The notes beneath the pieces were generated by a model. The model had not been told where the DNA came from. It saw nothing but the letters and a program-made list of their open reading frames with translations, and did no database searches. Shown here in pieces: positions 40,195-49,323 of a stretch of 64,000 nucleotides of DNA. Every line of letters begins with the position of its first letter. The stretch's first letter is position 1. Position numbers and translations under genes: made by a program. The DNA lies in the IMG/VR virus record IMGVR_UViG_3300034374_005671, positions 19,370 to 83,369 of that record; one strand, written 5' to 3'. This DNA comes from a virus.

Positions 40195-40894
40195 GGGTAA
40201 TATAGTGTCTACCTTTTTTAATTAAATTAATACTATCGCTCACAAGGGTTGAATCATCCAAGTTGATTATCAACTCAGGGTCGATAGGCACACCTAAGAA
40301 TCTTGTTTCCAAGTGAAGGTGGGGACCTGTAGAACGCCCTGTGGACCCAACTAGTCCAATTGCATCCCCTGCTTCTAGTGTGTCTCCTTGTTCTACAAAT
40401 AATTTTCTGTGGTGGGCATAGTAAGTCTCAAGACCATTGAAGTGTCTTATAATAACTAAGTTACCATAACCTCCGTTATAACCCCTCTTTGAATACCTTA
40501 CTACTCCAGGAAACATACTTTTCGTAGTGTCCCTGTTATTGTATGCTATGTCGATACCATCGTGACTTCTGCCCCAACGCCATCCGTATCCGCTTGTCAT
40601 TCTCCCATCTACAGGGTAACAATACTCGTGTTTGTGAGTCACTAAGGGAAGTGTTACAGTATCAGGGGCATCATAATCCCTGTAATGCAATCTATCCCAC
40701 GAATACGTAGAATCATACAACGTATCGCCCATAAGAACTGCTGTATCCAAATCAAACGTAGAGTCTACAATTATAGCAGTCTCTATATCGTAATAATTGT
40801 TTACAGTCTTACTGTTTAGCGATGCCCAAACCCATAGCATCAATACAGTAATCAATACTAATTTCCAATCAATCATATTTACTTTATGTTCCAT
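40184..40894 (-). CDS. M23 family peptidoglycan endopeptidase with N-terminal TM anchor
   Basis: SGYGWRWGRSHDGIDI (HxxxD), GGYGNLVIIRH, YAH and STGPHLHLE (HxH). Confidence 0.9.
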   Translation of the reverse strand: MEHKVNMIDWKLVLITVLMLWVWASLNSKTVNNYYDIETAIIVDSTFDLDTAVLMGDTLYDSTYSWDRLHYRDYDAPDTVTLPLVTHKHEYCYPVDGRMTSGYGWRWGRSHDGIDIAYNNRDTTKSMFPGVVRYSKRGYNGGYGNLVIIRHFNGLETYYAHHRKLFVEQGDTLEAGDAIGLVGSTGRSTGPHLHLETRFLGVPIDPELIINLDDSTLVSDSINLIKKGRHYITHGI

Positions 40895-40896
40895 AA

Positions 40897-40980
40897 TTAT
40901 TTTGCTTCATACCATGATGTGCCAATATTGGCTTCTGCCCCCATCTCCACTAATCCACTACTAAGATAGTAATTTCCTCC
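40897..40980 (-). repeat. Displaced copy of the polA 3' end (27 codons plus stop)
   Basis: GGNYYLSSGLVEMGAEANIGTSWYEAK versus GGQYYLTSGLVDIKAEANIGDSWYEAK at 41912-41995, 21/27 aa identical. Confidence 0.9.
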
Positions 40981-41724
40981 TCTGCTATCCTCCACTTCTC
41001 CAAAACTTTTAATACACAATTCTACACCACCTGTCCTACATTCCGTCATACCCTCAAAATCAATAGAGGGTGTGTACTTGTATTCTTTTGTCAAACGTAA
41101 TAATTTTTTTTCTAATTCCCAAATTTTAGAAGCTTCGTTTTCCACGATAGCGACTACTTTGTATTCATAAGGTAGTCTTCCTGAAAAACGTTTCTCCAAA
41201 GTATCCCCTGTTATGCCTATTTTGTAGAACACCTCCTCATCTTTATTCAATTCTAAGATATATAATTTAGGGTTTTTTTCATTGCTCTTTTCTACCCATC
41301 TGTCTTTCTTGTAAGCAGAGTAGTAACCACACTTAGGACAACCATGCCCCCTCTGATGGTGTAATGGTTGTTGCCAAAACTCTCCGTGGGTGGGGCAAGT
41401 AATTTTCATATCTTCTTGAGAGAGAGTAATGGTTTCGGGGTGATAAGTGTATTTACCCCCATGAACTGTTTTAAACTGTTTTATTTTTTCTAAAGGCTTT
41501 ATACTATCTCTTTCTTTTATGTAATCGGCATAACATTTTTTACAGCCTGTGTTTACACTTCTTAAATGTAATTGAGGAGAGGTTTCAAACTCAGTATTAT
41601 GTTTATTACAAAAAACATTTATGCTATTTTTAGAACCTTTAATTACATCAGGATAAGAAAACTTATCACCATGCATATCTCTGAACCTTTCAATCCAGTC
41701 TTTAGTTGTCAGATACTTTCCCAT
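40897..41724 (-). CDS. Free-standing homing endonuclease (DUF723-like Zn-ribbon repeats plus GIY-YIG/T5orf172-like domain) fused to a polymerase C-terminal tail
   Basis: Two HG.K[FY].Y...C..H..F...P..H....GC.KC repeats, then LYIL...YKIGIT...KRF...LEK...FEGMTEC. The last 27 aa match the PolA C-terminus. Confidence 0.75.
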   Translation of the reverse strand: MGKYLTTKDWIERFRDMHGDKFSYPDVIKGSKNSINVFCNKHNTEFETSPQLHLRSVNTGCKKCYADYIKERDSIKPLEKIKQFKTVHGGKYTYHPETITLSQEDMKITCPTHGEFWQQPLHHQRGHGCPKCGYYSAYKKDRWVEKSNEKNPKLYILELNKDEEVFYKIGITGDTLEKRFSGRLPYEYKVVAIVENEASKIWELEKKLLRLTKEYKYTPSIDFEGMTECRTGGVELCIKSFGEVEDSRGGNYYLSSGLVEMGAEANIGTSWYEAK

Positions 41725-41857
41725 TGTCTTGCTCCATTGCTTTTATTATAACCATTCTAATATAGGAAGACATATCAAGTCCTAGCTTATCAGCCGCCTT
41801 TCTTACTCTTTCTTTTAACTCAGAATCAGTTCTTACTATTATTTGTACTTCTTTCAT
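41702..41857 (-). CDS. Ribbon-helix-helix (CopG/RelB-like) DNA-binding protein, 51 aa
   Basis: Translated by hand as MKEVQIIVRTDSELKERVRKAADKLGLDMSSYIRMVIIKAMEQDNGKVSDN, a classic beta-helix-G-x-x-x-S-helix pattern. It overlaps the HEG start. Confidence 0.75.
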   Translation of the reverse strand: MKEVQIIVRTDSELKERVRKAADKLGLDMSSYIRMVIIKAMEQDNGKVSDN

Positions 41858-41862
41858 AATTA

Positions 41863-41894
41863 CAATGTTACTACAATTTTATCAATTATCCAAA
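41863..41894 (-). promoter_or_regulatory. Bacteroidetes-type promoter for RHH-HEG (TTTG-N20-TAACATTG)
   Basis: The - strand reads TTTGGATA...TAACATTG with a 20-bp spacer. It is overlapped by TTGTA[AG]T repeats (possible RHH operator). Confidence 0.55.
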
Positions 41895-41911
41895 TTTATT
41901 ACAAAATACTT

Positions 41912-43936
41912 TTATTTTGCCTCGTACCAAGAGTCTCCTATATTCGCCTCTGCCTTAATATCTACTAAGCCACTTGTTAAATAGTATTGTCCACCTTTAA
42001 TCATGCAGTCCTCAAGCACTTTTTTATACTCATCTACTAGGCTTTCATCCACCTCAAGAACAAATTCATCATGGGGTATATTACATATTCTTACCTTTCG
42101 AAAATGTCCATTGTCTACTATATAATCAAAAAGTAAACAAGCGGCTCGTTTTGTCATATGTGCTGAAGTCGCTTGAACAGGGTTGTTCAAGGCCAACCTG
42201 AAGTATTTTCCTTGCCAAGAAAAGTACTTAGAAAGTTTAGGTCTCATCTTTGTATATACCTTGTATGCCTCTTTGTTTACTACGGTATATGTCTCTCCTT
42301 TCTCTTCAGCCTCTTTTTTCTTGTTAGCTTCTACTTTACCTGCCTTGTACAGCTTCTTATCAGCTTCTCCTGTAGCATCCATCCATTTTTTAAGGTCAAG
42401 GAATTGGTCAAACCAAGGAAGGTCTAATTTAAAACCATCTGCTGATTCTACCCACCCATTCTCAATGGATTCTTGCAGTTTCTTTCTGCCCCAAGTATAT
42501 ACTCCAGGATGTAGTTCTTTGTATAGCTGTTCTAATCGTTCCCCTTCCTTTACCTCGATATTAAGACTCTTAGCTGCTGTAAAGCCTGTCCCACCATACG
42601 AGAAACAGAAGCGAGGTGCTTTGGAGAACTGCCTTTTATCTTTATGGTTGTTTTTAATTTCATCGTCAGTTAATTCTTGCAGTTCAGGGAATATCAATCT
42701 TGCGAATGCAGAGTGTAAATCATCTCCATTCTTGATTGAGGATATCATCATTGCATCTTGGTGGAGGTCAGCACCGACCACATTTTCTTGGCCTTCGTAG
42801 TCAGCCACGACCATTTTATATCCATGTGTAGCCACAAAGCAATCCCTAGTTCTCTTATTAGCTGGAAAATTAAGAATATTAACCCCGCCACGCCTAGTAG
42901 AAATTCTAGCAGTATCCAGCACAGGATTAAAATCAGTATAAATTCTGCCATCTTTAATTTTATTTAAAATGTTTTCTCCGTATGTAGATACATCATGCTC
43001 TGCTTGTTTGTATGTTAACCATAACTCTACGAAAGGGTGGCTACTTCTCCTAAGAACATCCTTGTGTAGAGTCTTCTTGTCAGGGTTCTCATCCGATTGT
43101 ACATCAATACCAAACTCCTCAAAGATAGGAATCATTTGTAGAGATGACGACAATAAGGGGATGATACGTGGAGAGCTATCAAACATATCTATCTGTCTGT
43201 CCCTATATTTAGGTAACTCGTCATAGACAAATTTGACCACATCATCCTTAGCTTTTTCTAGAGCAATCTTGTCTTGCTCAATTTTATCTTTCCATTTAGC
43301 TTCTGATATTGGGATACCACACTGCTCCATATAGGCAAGAGCTCTGATATATCGACAATGTAGCTTGAATGTTGGTACACATCCTCTGTCTCGCAACCTT
43401 TCCCCTAAAACTTTAACTAATTCTAATACTTTGTCTACGTCATTGAAAGCATATCGAATAGCTTTTGGATTTGACAATTGGGTCTTAGCAATGTTCTTTT
43501 GCTCACTCTTATCATAGCTGATACCCAACTCACGCTCCATCACAAAACCAAAACCGTGTCTTGTAATTAAACCGTTTCCGTTGTAAAGTATTTTACTTGC
43601 AATAAATGTATCGTAAACTTTTTTAGGTACAAAGTTATATTTGTATAACCACCCAAGGTCGAATGTAAGGTTGTGACCAACCAATGTCTTGCCTTCCAGG
43701 AAAGGAGCCACCTCATCAAATGTTATCTCTCCTCCTAATTGTTGAAGGTCTATAATATAGTTGTCCTTCCCTGTACCTATCTGCACAGAGAACATATGAC
43801 CGTCTATAGGTTTGAGGGAGGTAGTCTCCGAGTCAAACGCAATAACATCAGGTAGCACCATATCTTCTAAGGTGCAATAATTGTACGCTCCTATCTTCTC
43901 AAAGAAAGGACGATTGTTTGTTATGATATAATTCAT
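41912..43936 (-). CDS. polA: DNA polymerase family A with 3'-5' exonuclease
   Basis: ExoI FDSETT, ExoII HNLTFD, ExoIII YAFND. Polymerase motif A ADYEGQE, motif B RQFSKAPRFCFSYG, NNPVQ, motif C PHDE. Confidence 0.93.
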   Translation of the reverse strand: MNYIITNNRPFFEKIGAYNYCTLEDMVLPDVIAFDSETTSLKPIDGHMFSVQIGTGKDNYIIDLQQLGGEITFDEVAPFLEGKTLVGHNLTFDLGWLYKYNFVPKKVYDTFIASKILYNGNGLITRHGFGFVMERELGISYDKSEQKNIAKTQLSNPKAIRYAFNDVDKVLELVKVLGERLRDRGCVPTFKLHCRYIRALAYMEQCGIPISEAKWKDKIEQDKIALEKAKDDVVKFVYDELPKYRDRQIDMFDSSPRIIPLLSSSLQMIPIFEEFGIDVQSDENPDKKTLHKDVLRRSSHPFVELWLTYKQAEHDVSTYGENILNKIKDGRIYTDFNPVLDTARISTRRGGVNILNFPANKRTRDCFVATHGYKMVVADYEGQENVVGADLHQDAMMISSIKNGDDLHSAFARLIFPELQELTDDEIKNNHKDKRQFSKAPRFCFSYGGTGFTAAKSLNIEVKEGERLEQLYKELHPGVYTWGRKKLQESIENGWVESADGFKLDLPWFDQFLDLKKWMDATGEADKKLYKAGKVEANKKKEAEEKGETYTVVNKEAYKVYTKMRPKLSKYFSWQGKYFRLALNNPVQATSAHMTKRAACLLFDYIVDNGHFRKVRICNIPHDEFVLEVDESLVDEYKKVLEDCMIKGGQYYLTSGLVDIKAEANIGDSWYEAK

Positions 43937-44169
43937 TCATCAGGATTCTCGTCAGGGGTCAAACAATCCCCTTTAAAAAATATCTCCTTGCTTAGAACTT
44001 CTTCTAGCTGTAATAACTCATCATCTTCCAAATCATACACATCGATGTAGTCAGGAACTGAACCTGTAGCTAACAGTCCTGCTAATCTAACTAGGTCATC
44101 TTCACATCTAACCTCTTTCCCATATATGTAAAGACAGCAGTCTTTTACTTCAAATTTTTTACTTGACAT
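43933..44169 (-). CDS. Hypothetical protein (78 aa)
   Basis: Coupled to both neighbours by overlapping start/stop codons. Confidence 0.55.
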   Translation of the reverse strand: MSSKKFEVKDCCLYIYGKEVRCEDDLVRLAGLLATGSVPDYIDVYDLEDDELLQLEEVLSKEIFFKGDCLTPDENPDE

Positions 44170-45557
44170 TACGCAAATAATTTTATATTAACAAATTCGC
44201 AAACACCACTTTTAAATGCCTTTGCGCTGGGGGTACTTGGCTCAAATTTATCTGAGGTAACCCACATTACATAATTTTTATCTTTATACCAAACTTGTTC
44301 TACTGGCTCTCCTTTGTATTTACCGAAACCAAACATCAAGTTAAAGTCAGACCTTTTAGATTGTTTTTTATATCGTAGAAACTCCTTATCGGTGTACAAC
44401 CCTTCAGACATAGGGATACCCGTAACAAGTCTTTCTTTTGCAAACATACCCCACCCATACCCATCAATATCTTCAAAGTTAAGTTCTTCTATCTTACCAA
44501 ATTTCAAAGAGTTACCTGCTAAGTCTATTATCTTACAATCCTTTTTGTTGGGAGCGATACGCACCCCTCTACCCAAGGTTTGGTAGTATATAGCCATCGA
44601 ATTAGTAGCTCTAGCGTGGATGATAGCATCTAACTCAGGATGGTCAAATCCTACAGATAATACAAGTACATTGAATACCACTCTGATAGAGCCATCTTTA
44701 AACCCTTCGATAATCTTATTACGTTGTCTCTTAGGAGTTTTGCTGTTTACAGAAGCACTATTAGGTACTAACTCTGCTAACTCCTCAGCAGCTTCGATAG
44801 AAGGGACAAAAGCCAATATAGATTTCCTACCCTCATCTACCAATCGCTCTACTTCACTTATAATGTTTGCTTTGGTATTGTTCTCCTCGTACATACGTAG
44901 TAAGGAATTGTTTGTATAATCAGAACCATTACTATTTAGAACTAACATAGAGTCATCAACGAATCTATTCTCATATACCAATGGACTCCAAAACCTTTTT
45001 TCTACAAGGTCTTGTATTTGAGTTATGTGTATAATCTTTCTGAAGAAAGACTTTGCAGTTCTATTCATCATACGTAACACAGACTGCCCCATATAACTGG
45101 TTAGGAATATAGGAGTTGCAGTTAATCCAATTACTTTGCGAGGTCTAAGTGCTTTTATCGCTCTGTGCATTTGTGAATTGACCTTCGTTTGTAAGTGACA
45201 CTCATCTACAATGATATAATTAACTCCTGCTTCTTGGAACTCCTCTAGGGAATTAAATACACTTCGAGGGGTTGCAAAAGTCACAGAACCTATCTCCTTC
45301 ACTCCAACAGATGCAGAGAATAAACTTGCCTCCTCTCCGTAAGATACGTACTTAGCATAGTTTTGCTCTAGTAATTCCTTTGAAGGTTGAAGACACAAAA
45401 CTTTCTCCCCCAATGCTCTTGCTACGTTAGCAACAATCAAACTCTTTCCCGCAGCCGTTGGTGCGACTACTAGTCCATTCTTTGCTGTGCTGTTTTGTAT
45501 AAAATCTATACAAGCATCTACTGCTTGTTGTTGGTATGGTCGTAATGTGAAAGCCAT
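44169..45557 (-). CDS. SF2 DExH helicase (YejH/UvsW-like)
   Basis: LRPYQ, APTAAGKS, DECH, GLTATP, GFD.P.LD and QTLGRG.R motifs, plus a C-terminal FGFGKYKG (DUF3820-like) motif. Confidence 0.9.
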   Translation of the reverse strand: MAFTLRPYQQQAVDACIDFIQNSTAKNGLVVAPTAAGKSLIVANVARALGEKVLCLQPSKELLEQNYAKYVSYGEEASLFSASVGVKEIGSVTFATPRSVFNSLEEFQEAGVNYIIVDECHLQTKVNSQMHRAIKALRPRKVIGLTATPIFLTSYMGQSVLRMMNRTAKSFFRKIIHITQIQDLVEKRFWSPLVYENRFVDDSMLVLNSNGSDYTNNSLLRMYEENNTKANIISEVERLVDEGRKSILAFVPSIEAAEELAELVPNSASVNSKTPKRQRNKIIEGFKDGSIRVVFNVLVLSVGFDHPELDAIIHARATNSMAIYYQTLGRGVRIAPNKKDCKIIDLAGNSLKFGKIEELNFEDIDGYGWGMFAKERLVTGIPMSEGLYTDKEFLRYKKQSKRSDFNLMFGFGKYKGEPVEQVWYKDKNYVMWVTSDKFEPSTPSAKAFKSGVCEFVNIKLFA

Positions 45558-46048
45558 TCTTCTAATTTAGTTTTTAATAATCCTTTTTCTTCTACCAAAG
45601 GTAACACTTTTTTCATTCTTTCAAAACTTTTTGGAAACTCTTTTTGCAATCTATCAAAATTGTTAGTATCCACAAGCCTATCAAAACGTGTATGTGCATC
45701 CCAAGATAGGTACACAACATTACTGCTGTGGTCCTCTACAGAGTGATACTTTCTTTTTGGAAACAGATGAGCTATATTCAGACGAGATGGGTCATAAATA
45801 CGCTCACCTGTTTCGAAACAAAAAGGATTACTCTTGAGAAAGTTTACGTGAGCCTCAAAGAATTTACTTAATTTTTCTTTACGCTCCTGGTCTACTTTAA
45901 ATGATTTTTTGATTGGTGTCTTTCTAGTCAACATAGTTTCTTCTCCTTGACTTCTTCTTTGCATCTCTCTACAAGGAGAGCATAAGCCTTTACTTCTGAC
46001 AGGTACTTTTGCACCACATTCTTTACAAGGATATAACTTACGCTCCAT
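45518..46048 (-). CDS. Zn-finger plus HNH-like nuclease (NinG/Rap-like)
   Basis: CxxC...CxxC, then C..TG...NIAHLFPK....NVVYL..DAH..FD. The start is probably ATG 46048, overlapping the SET stop. Confidence 0.6.
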   Translation of the reverse strand: MERKLYPCKECGAKVPVRSKGLCSPCREMQRRSQGEETMLTRKTPIKKSFKVDQERKEKLSKFFEAHVNFLKSNPFCFETGERIYDPSRLNIAHLFPKRKYHSVEDHSSNVVYLSWDAHTRFDRLVDTNNFDRLQKEFPKSFERMKKVLPLVEEKGLLKTKLEEWLSHYDHTNNKQ

Positions 46049-46419
46049 TATATCATATCTACACACGCACCTTTGGTATCAAAGTCTGTGCCTCCACAAA
46101 CATTGTATAGTGTGTATTTTAAAGTAAGTTCTTCTCCTGCTTGTATATCCCTAATAGTTCTGACATACTTAAGGTCTTTTAACAGTCCCTCTGCTTCATT
46201 ATCTATAAGAACTAAGTTAGGTTCATCGCTATGATTAATAAAGCCTCCTAGTGGAGTCCTAATATAGTTGTTTTGAAACCTTTCATCAAATTTATGTGAA
46301 ACGCCTAAAACCGTCTTAGCTTTGATAGGCTTTGTAGCAAATAAACCAAGACCATGTATATGTGACTCTCTAATCGTAAGCCCCTCCATCAATGGTGTAT
46401 AAAAAGCACTTTTTTCCAT
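46048..46419 (-). CDS. SET-domain protein-lysine methyltransferase
   Basis: S.IHGLGLFA.K.I, GGFINHSDEPN and RDIQAGEELTLKY, which are all three SET signature motifs. Confidence 0.88.
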   Translation of the reverse strand: MEKSAFYTPLMEGLTIRESHIHGLGLFATKPIKAKTVLGVSHKFDERFQNNYIRTPLGGFINHSDEPNLVLIDNEAEGLLKDLKYVRTIRDIQAGEELTLKYTLYNVCGGTDFDTKGACVDMI

Positions 46420-46491
46420 ATTATTTATTTTCTTTTAATTAAATGTCCCAACATCATAGCAACAAAGCAACAGATGTGAAATACTACCACA

Positions 46492-47163
46492 CTAATCACC
46501 CATTTCATCTTTTACTTCTTCTGTACCATACATATATCTATCGCTGTCTTCTGTTACCCACTTCTCGTATCCCTCAGCATTGAAAGTTTGAGTACATACT
46601 TTATAGTCAGGTCTTGCAGGGAACTCCTTAGTGGTAAAAGAAGGCTCTATCCATCTTACTCTATTGTTAGGTTGTAATGCGATATTACCATTGTGTAAAA
46701 GTATAATATGATGAGACTTATGTTCGTGAGGTGTTTCACTCAACGTAAGGTCTGCGTTTTCATTAGTGTCTCCTGCCCATTGTATGGTAGCAAAGTACTC
46801 ACCATCATACCACTTTTTATCTTTTAAAAAAGCCGATGCAGTTACACTACCCAAATAGTTAAGTTGCACTATTGAGAAGTTCTTACTGAAAGAGTTCCAA
46901 AGGCATAAGTGGTCAAACGCCATAGCAGGAGCTTCAGTAGGGTCTATCTCTCTGTCAAACACCACGAAAGCAGAACAAGGTAGCTTGTCTCTCATTACGC
47001 CATTTTCTAGTAACACTTGAAATAGAGGAACTTGCCCAGTTAAACATTTAACAGACACCATGCGACCTCTGTCAAACTCTCCGTGATGTTCTTCCATGTC
47101 ATATAAGTATTCTCTTCTTACCCACACATCAATAGGTGGGAAACTTGATTCTATATAAGCCAT
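46492..47163 (-). CDS. Conserved marine-phage hypothetical protein
   Basis: The MAY....PP...VRREYLYD...HGEF...F...LENG...HEHKS.H...L.NG.IALQPNNR pattern resembles a family from cyano- and pelagiphages (recalled from memory). Confidence 0.55.
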   Translation of the reverse strand: MAYIESSFPPIDVWVRREYLYDMEEHHGEFDRGRMVSVKCLTGQVPLFQVLLENGVMRDKLPCSAFVVFDREIDPTEAPAMAFDHLCLWNSFSKNFSIVQLNYLGSVTASAFLKDKKWYDGEYFATIQWAGDTNENADLTLSETPHEHKSHHIILLHNGNIALQPNNRVRWIEPSFTTKEFPARPDYKVCTQTFNAEGYEKWVTEDSDRYMYGTEEVKDEMGD

Positions 47164-47174
47164 ATTTGTTGCTT

Positions 47175-49322
47175 TTAACTACTACATCCAAAGCACTCAA
47201 ACTGAGAGTCTTTTGGTTTTTCTTTACTTACTCCTGCTAATTTAGCATTATTTTCAATTTTTGACTTGGTTCTAGTGTAATAAACCCCTGTCTTCAATCT
47301 TTTTTTCCAAGCATACATCAATGCACTTGATATCTTAGAATACTTTGCATCCTTGTGATATACATTCATTGATTGACTTTGGTCTACATACATATTTCTA
47401 ATAGATGCTAAATCAAGCAGAGTCTTCTGTGATATCTCCCACACATCTTTGTATCGGTATCTCACATCTTCAGGTATCTCTACGATGTTTTGGATAGAAC
47501 CGCCATTGGCAATAATCTTATCCATCATCTCTTGATTCCATAATTTTAAATCATCTAACTCACTTACAAGATACTTGTTAATTACAGTAAACTCGCCTTG
47601 ACCAACTCTTCTTGTGAACAAGTTACTTGTCACAGGTTCGAAACTTTCGAACACTCCAAGTAAGATAGAAGAACTTGCCGTAGGCATAAGCCCTAAGAAT
47701 AGAGAGTTCCGAACTTTAATAGGCTCTCTCTGGGAAGGAGCTAACACTCTGCCTGTTACTTTACTTGTGTACATAATTCCTTTACTGTAAGGACTCCCTT
47801 CCCAAGCAGGATACACACCTTCTTCCTCAGCCATCTTCTGACTTTCTTCTACAGCAGACTCATACATAGTTCCGAATATCTTGTGTTGCCAATCAACGGC
47901 TTCCTCTGACTCAAAACTAATTTTCTTCTTTGCGAAGAAGTCTGCCATCCCTGCCACACCAATAGCCAACGCTCTTTGGTCTTCTCCTGCATTCTTGCTC
48001 CAATCATCAGACCACTTATTCTTGTCTATGACTCGGTTAAGCATTCTAGTTAGAACCTTGACACTGTGCTTGATAGTCTTCTCACTCTCATGCTCAGACA
48101 AGTTAATTGAGCCAAGGGTACATTGTGGTGTGTACGAAGGCTTTGATGCTTCCATAATTTCGATGCATAAATTACTTTGTTTAATTACACCGATATTACT
48201 CTGCATATTCTTTCTGTTAGCATTGTCCTTAAAGAACACATAAGGTCTACCTGACTCCACTTGAGACTTGATTATTGAGTCCCAAATTTTCTTAGGTGAT
48301 ATTTCGTGACCAATACCAAGGTCAACTGCCTTCTGATATTCTGCTTCAAACTCCTCACCCCAAAGGTCTTCAAGAGGACGTAACCCGTTGTCTTTCAACA
48401 CTTTAGGGCAGAACAGATGCCAAGGTTCATTGCTCAACAATTTATTCATAAATAAATCGTTAATAGTTACAGACAAGAATAAGTCTCTTGTTCTAAGTTC
48501 TTCTTGTCCTACGGGAAGAGTAAGTTCCAAGAAGTCCATAATGTCTCTGTGCCAAACCGATAGGTATAACGCACAAGAGCCTGAACGAGTACCTTGCTTG
48601 TAGAAACGCATCTTGGACTGAACCATATCAGCGAAACGTACAATCCCTCCTGCCTTTGCACTAAAAGAAGTCACATCTGATTTCTTACTTCTCAAGTTAT
48701 CTATCATAAGACCGATACCTGCACCTTCCTTCGAAGCGTAAGCTATTTTAGTTAAAGTGTTTTCGATGCCATCAATGCTATCTTCTTGCAAGTGAGTGAG
48801 GTTACACGATATCATTCCGTTTCTGCCTTCGATACCTGCATTGGTATAGATAGGTGTAGCACAGTTGATTCGTTTAGTCTTCAGCTCGTCTGCAAATAAT
48901 TTATATTCCTTCTTATCTTTTGCCAAGTGTTTAGCCACTCTCTCGTACATACAAGAGGGTAACTCCGATGGAGAACCATCAACCTTCTTAGAATACTTCT
49001 TCAAGAAAGTAATAGCACCAAAGAAATCGTATGTCTCATCAACAGGTTGAAGAGGCTTATCAATTAATTTAGATAATCTACTTAGTAGCAGTCTACCTCC
49101 TAGCAAACTATAGTCAGGATGCGTAGTCACCATATCGGCTGAAGTAAATGCGATAAGCTCATCGATATCAGTAGTGGTCATCCCATCCTTGATAGATGGG
49201 ATAACCTTCTGAAAAAGTTCGTGAGCATCAACCTTCAAACCTTGAGAGCGATTCTTAATTCTAGTTAAAATTTTGTTAGGAAGAAAATGTTGACTACTTC
49301 CGTCTCTCTTGGTAATTCTCAT
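47175..49322 (-). CDS. nrdA: Ribonucleotide reductase class Ia alpha subunit with ATP-cone
   Basis: N-terminal ITKRDG ATP-cone, ATP..NAG..SC, SNLCIE, MPTASSS, DQSQS, KTGVYY and a C-terminal CxxC. Confidence 0.95.
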   Translation of the reverse strand: MRITKRDGSSQHFLPNKILTRIKNRSQGLKVDAHELFQKVIPSIKDGMTTTDIDELIAFTSADMVTTHPDYSLLGGRLLLSRLSKLIDKPLQPVDETYDFFGAITFLKKYSKKVDGSPSELPSCMYERVAKHLAKDKKEYKLFADELKTKRINCATPIYTNAGIEGRNGMISCNLTHLQEDSIDGIENTLTKIAYASKEGAGIGLMIDNLRSKKSDVTSFSAKAGGIVRFADMVQSKMRFYKQGTRSGSCALYLSVWHRDIMDFLELTLPVGQEELRTRDLFLSVTINDLFMNKLLSNEPWHLFCPKVLKDNGLRPLEDLWGEEFEAEYQKAVDLGIGHEISPKKIWDSIIKSQVESGRPYVFFKDNANRKNMQSNIGVIKQSNLCIEIMEASKPSYTPQCTLGSINLSEHESEKTIKHSVKVLTRMLNRVIDKNKWSDDWSKNAGEDQRALAIGVAGMADFFAKKKISFESEEAVDWQHKIFGTMYESAVEESQKMAEEEGVYPAWEGSPYSKGIMYTSKVTGRVLAPSQREPIKVRNSLFLGLMPTASSSILLGVFESFEPVTSNLFTRRVGQGEFTVINKYLVSELDDLKLWNQEMMDKIIANGGSIQNIVEIPEDVRYRYKDVWEISQKTLLDLASIRNMYVDQSQSMNVYHKDAKYSKISSALMYAWKKRLKTGVYYTRTKSKIENNAKLAGVSKEKPKDSQFECFGCSS

Positions 49323-49323
49323 C

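Larger units (their letters stand above)
40981..41995 (-). mobile_element. Homing-endonuclease cassette (replacement polA tail, promoter, RHH gene, HEG) inserted near the end of polA
   Basis: Flanked by two diverged copies of the polA 3' end, and carries its own promoter, an RHH gene and an endonuclease. Confidence 0.7.
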
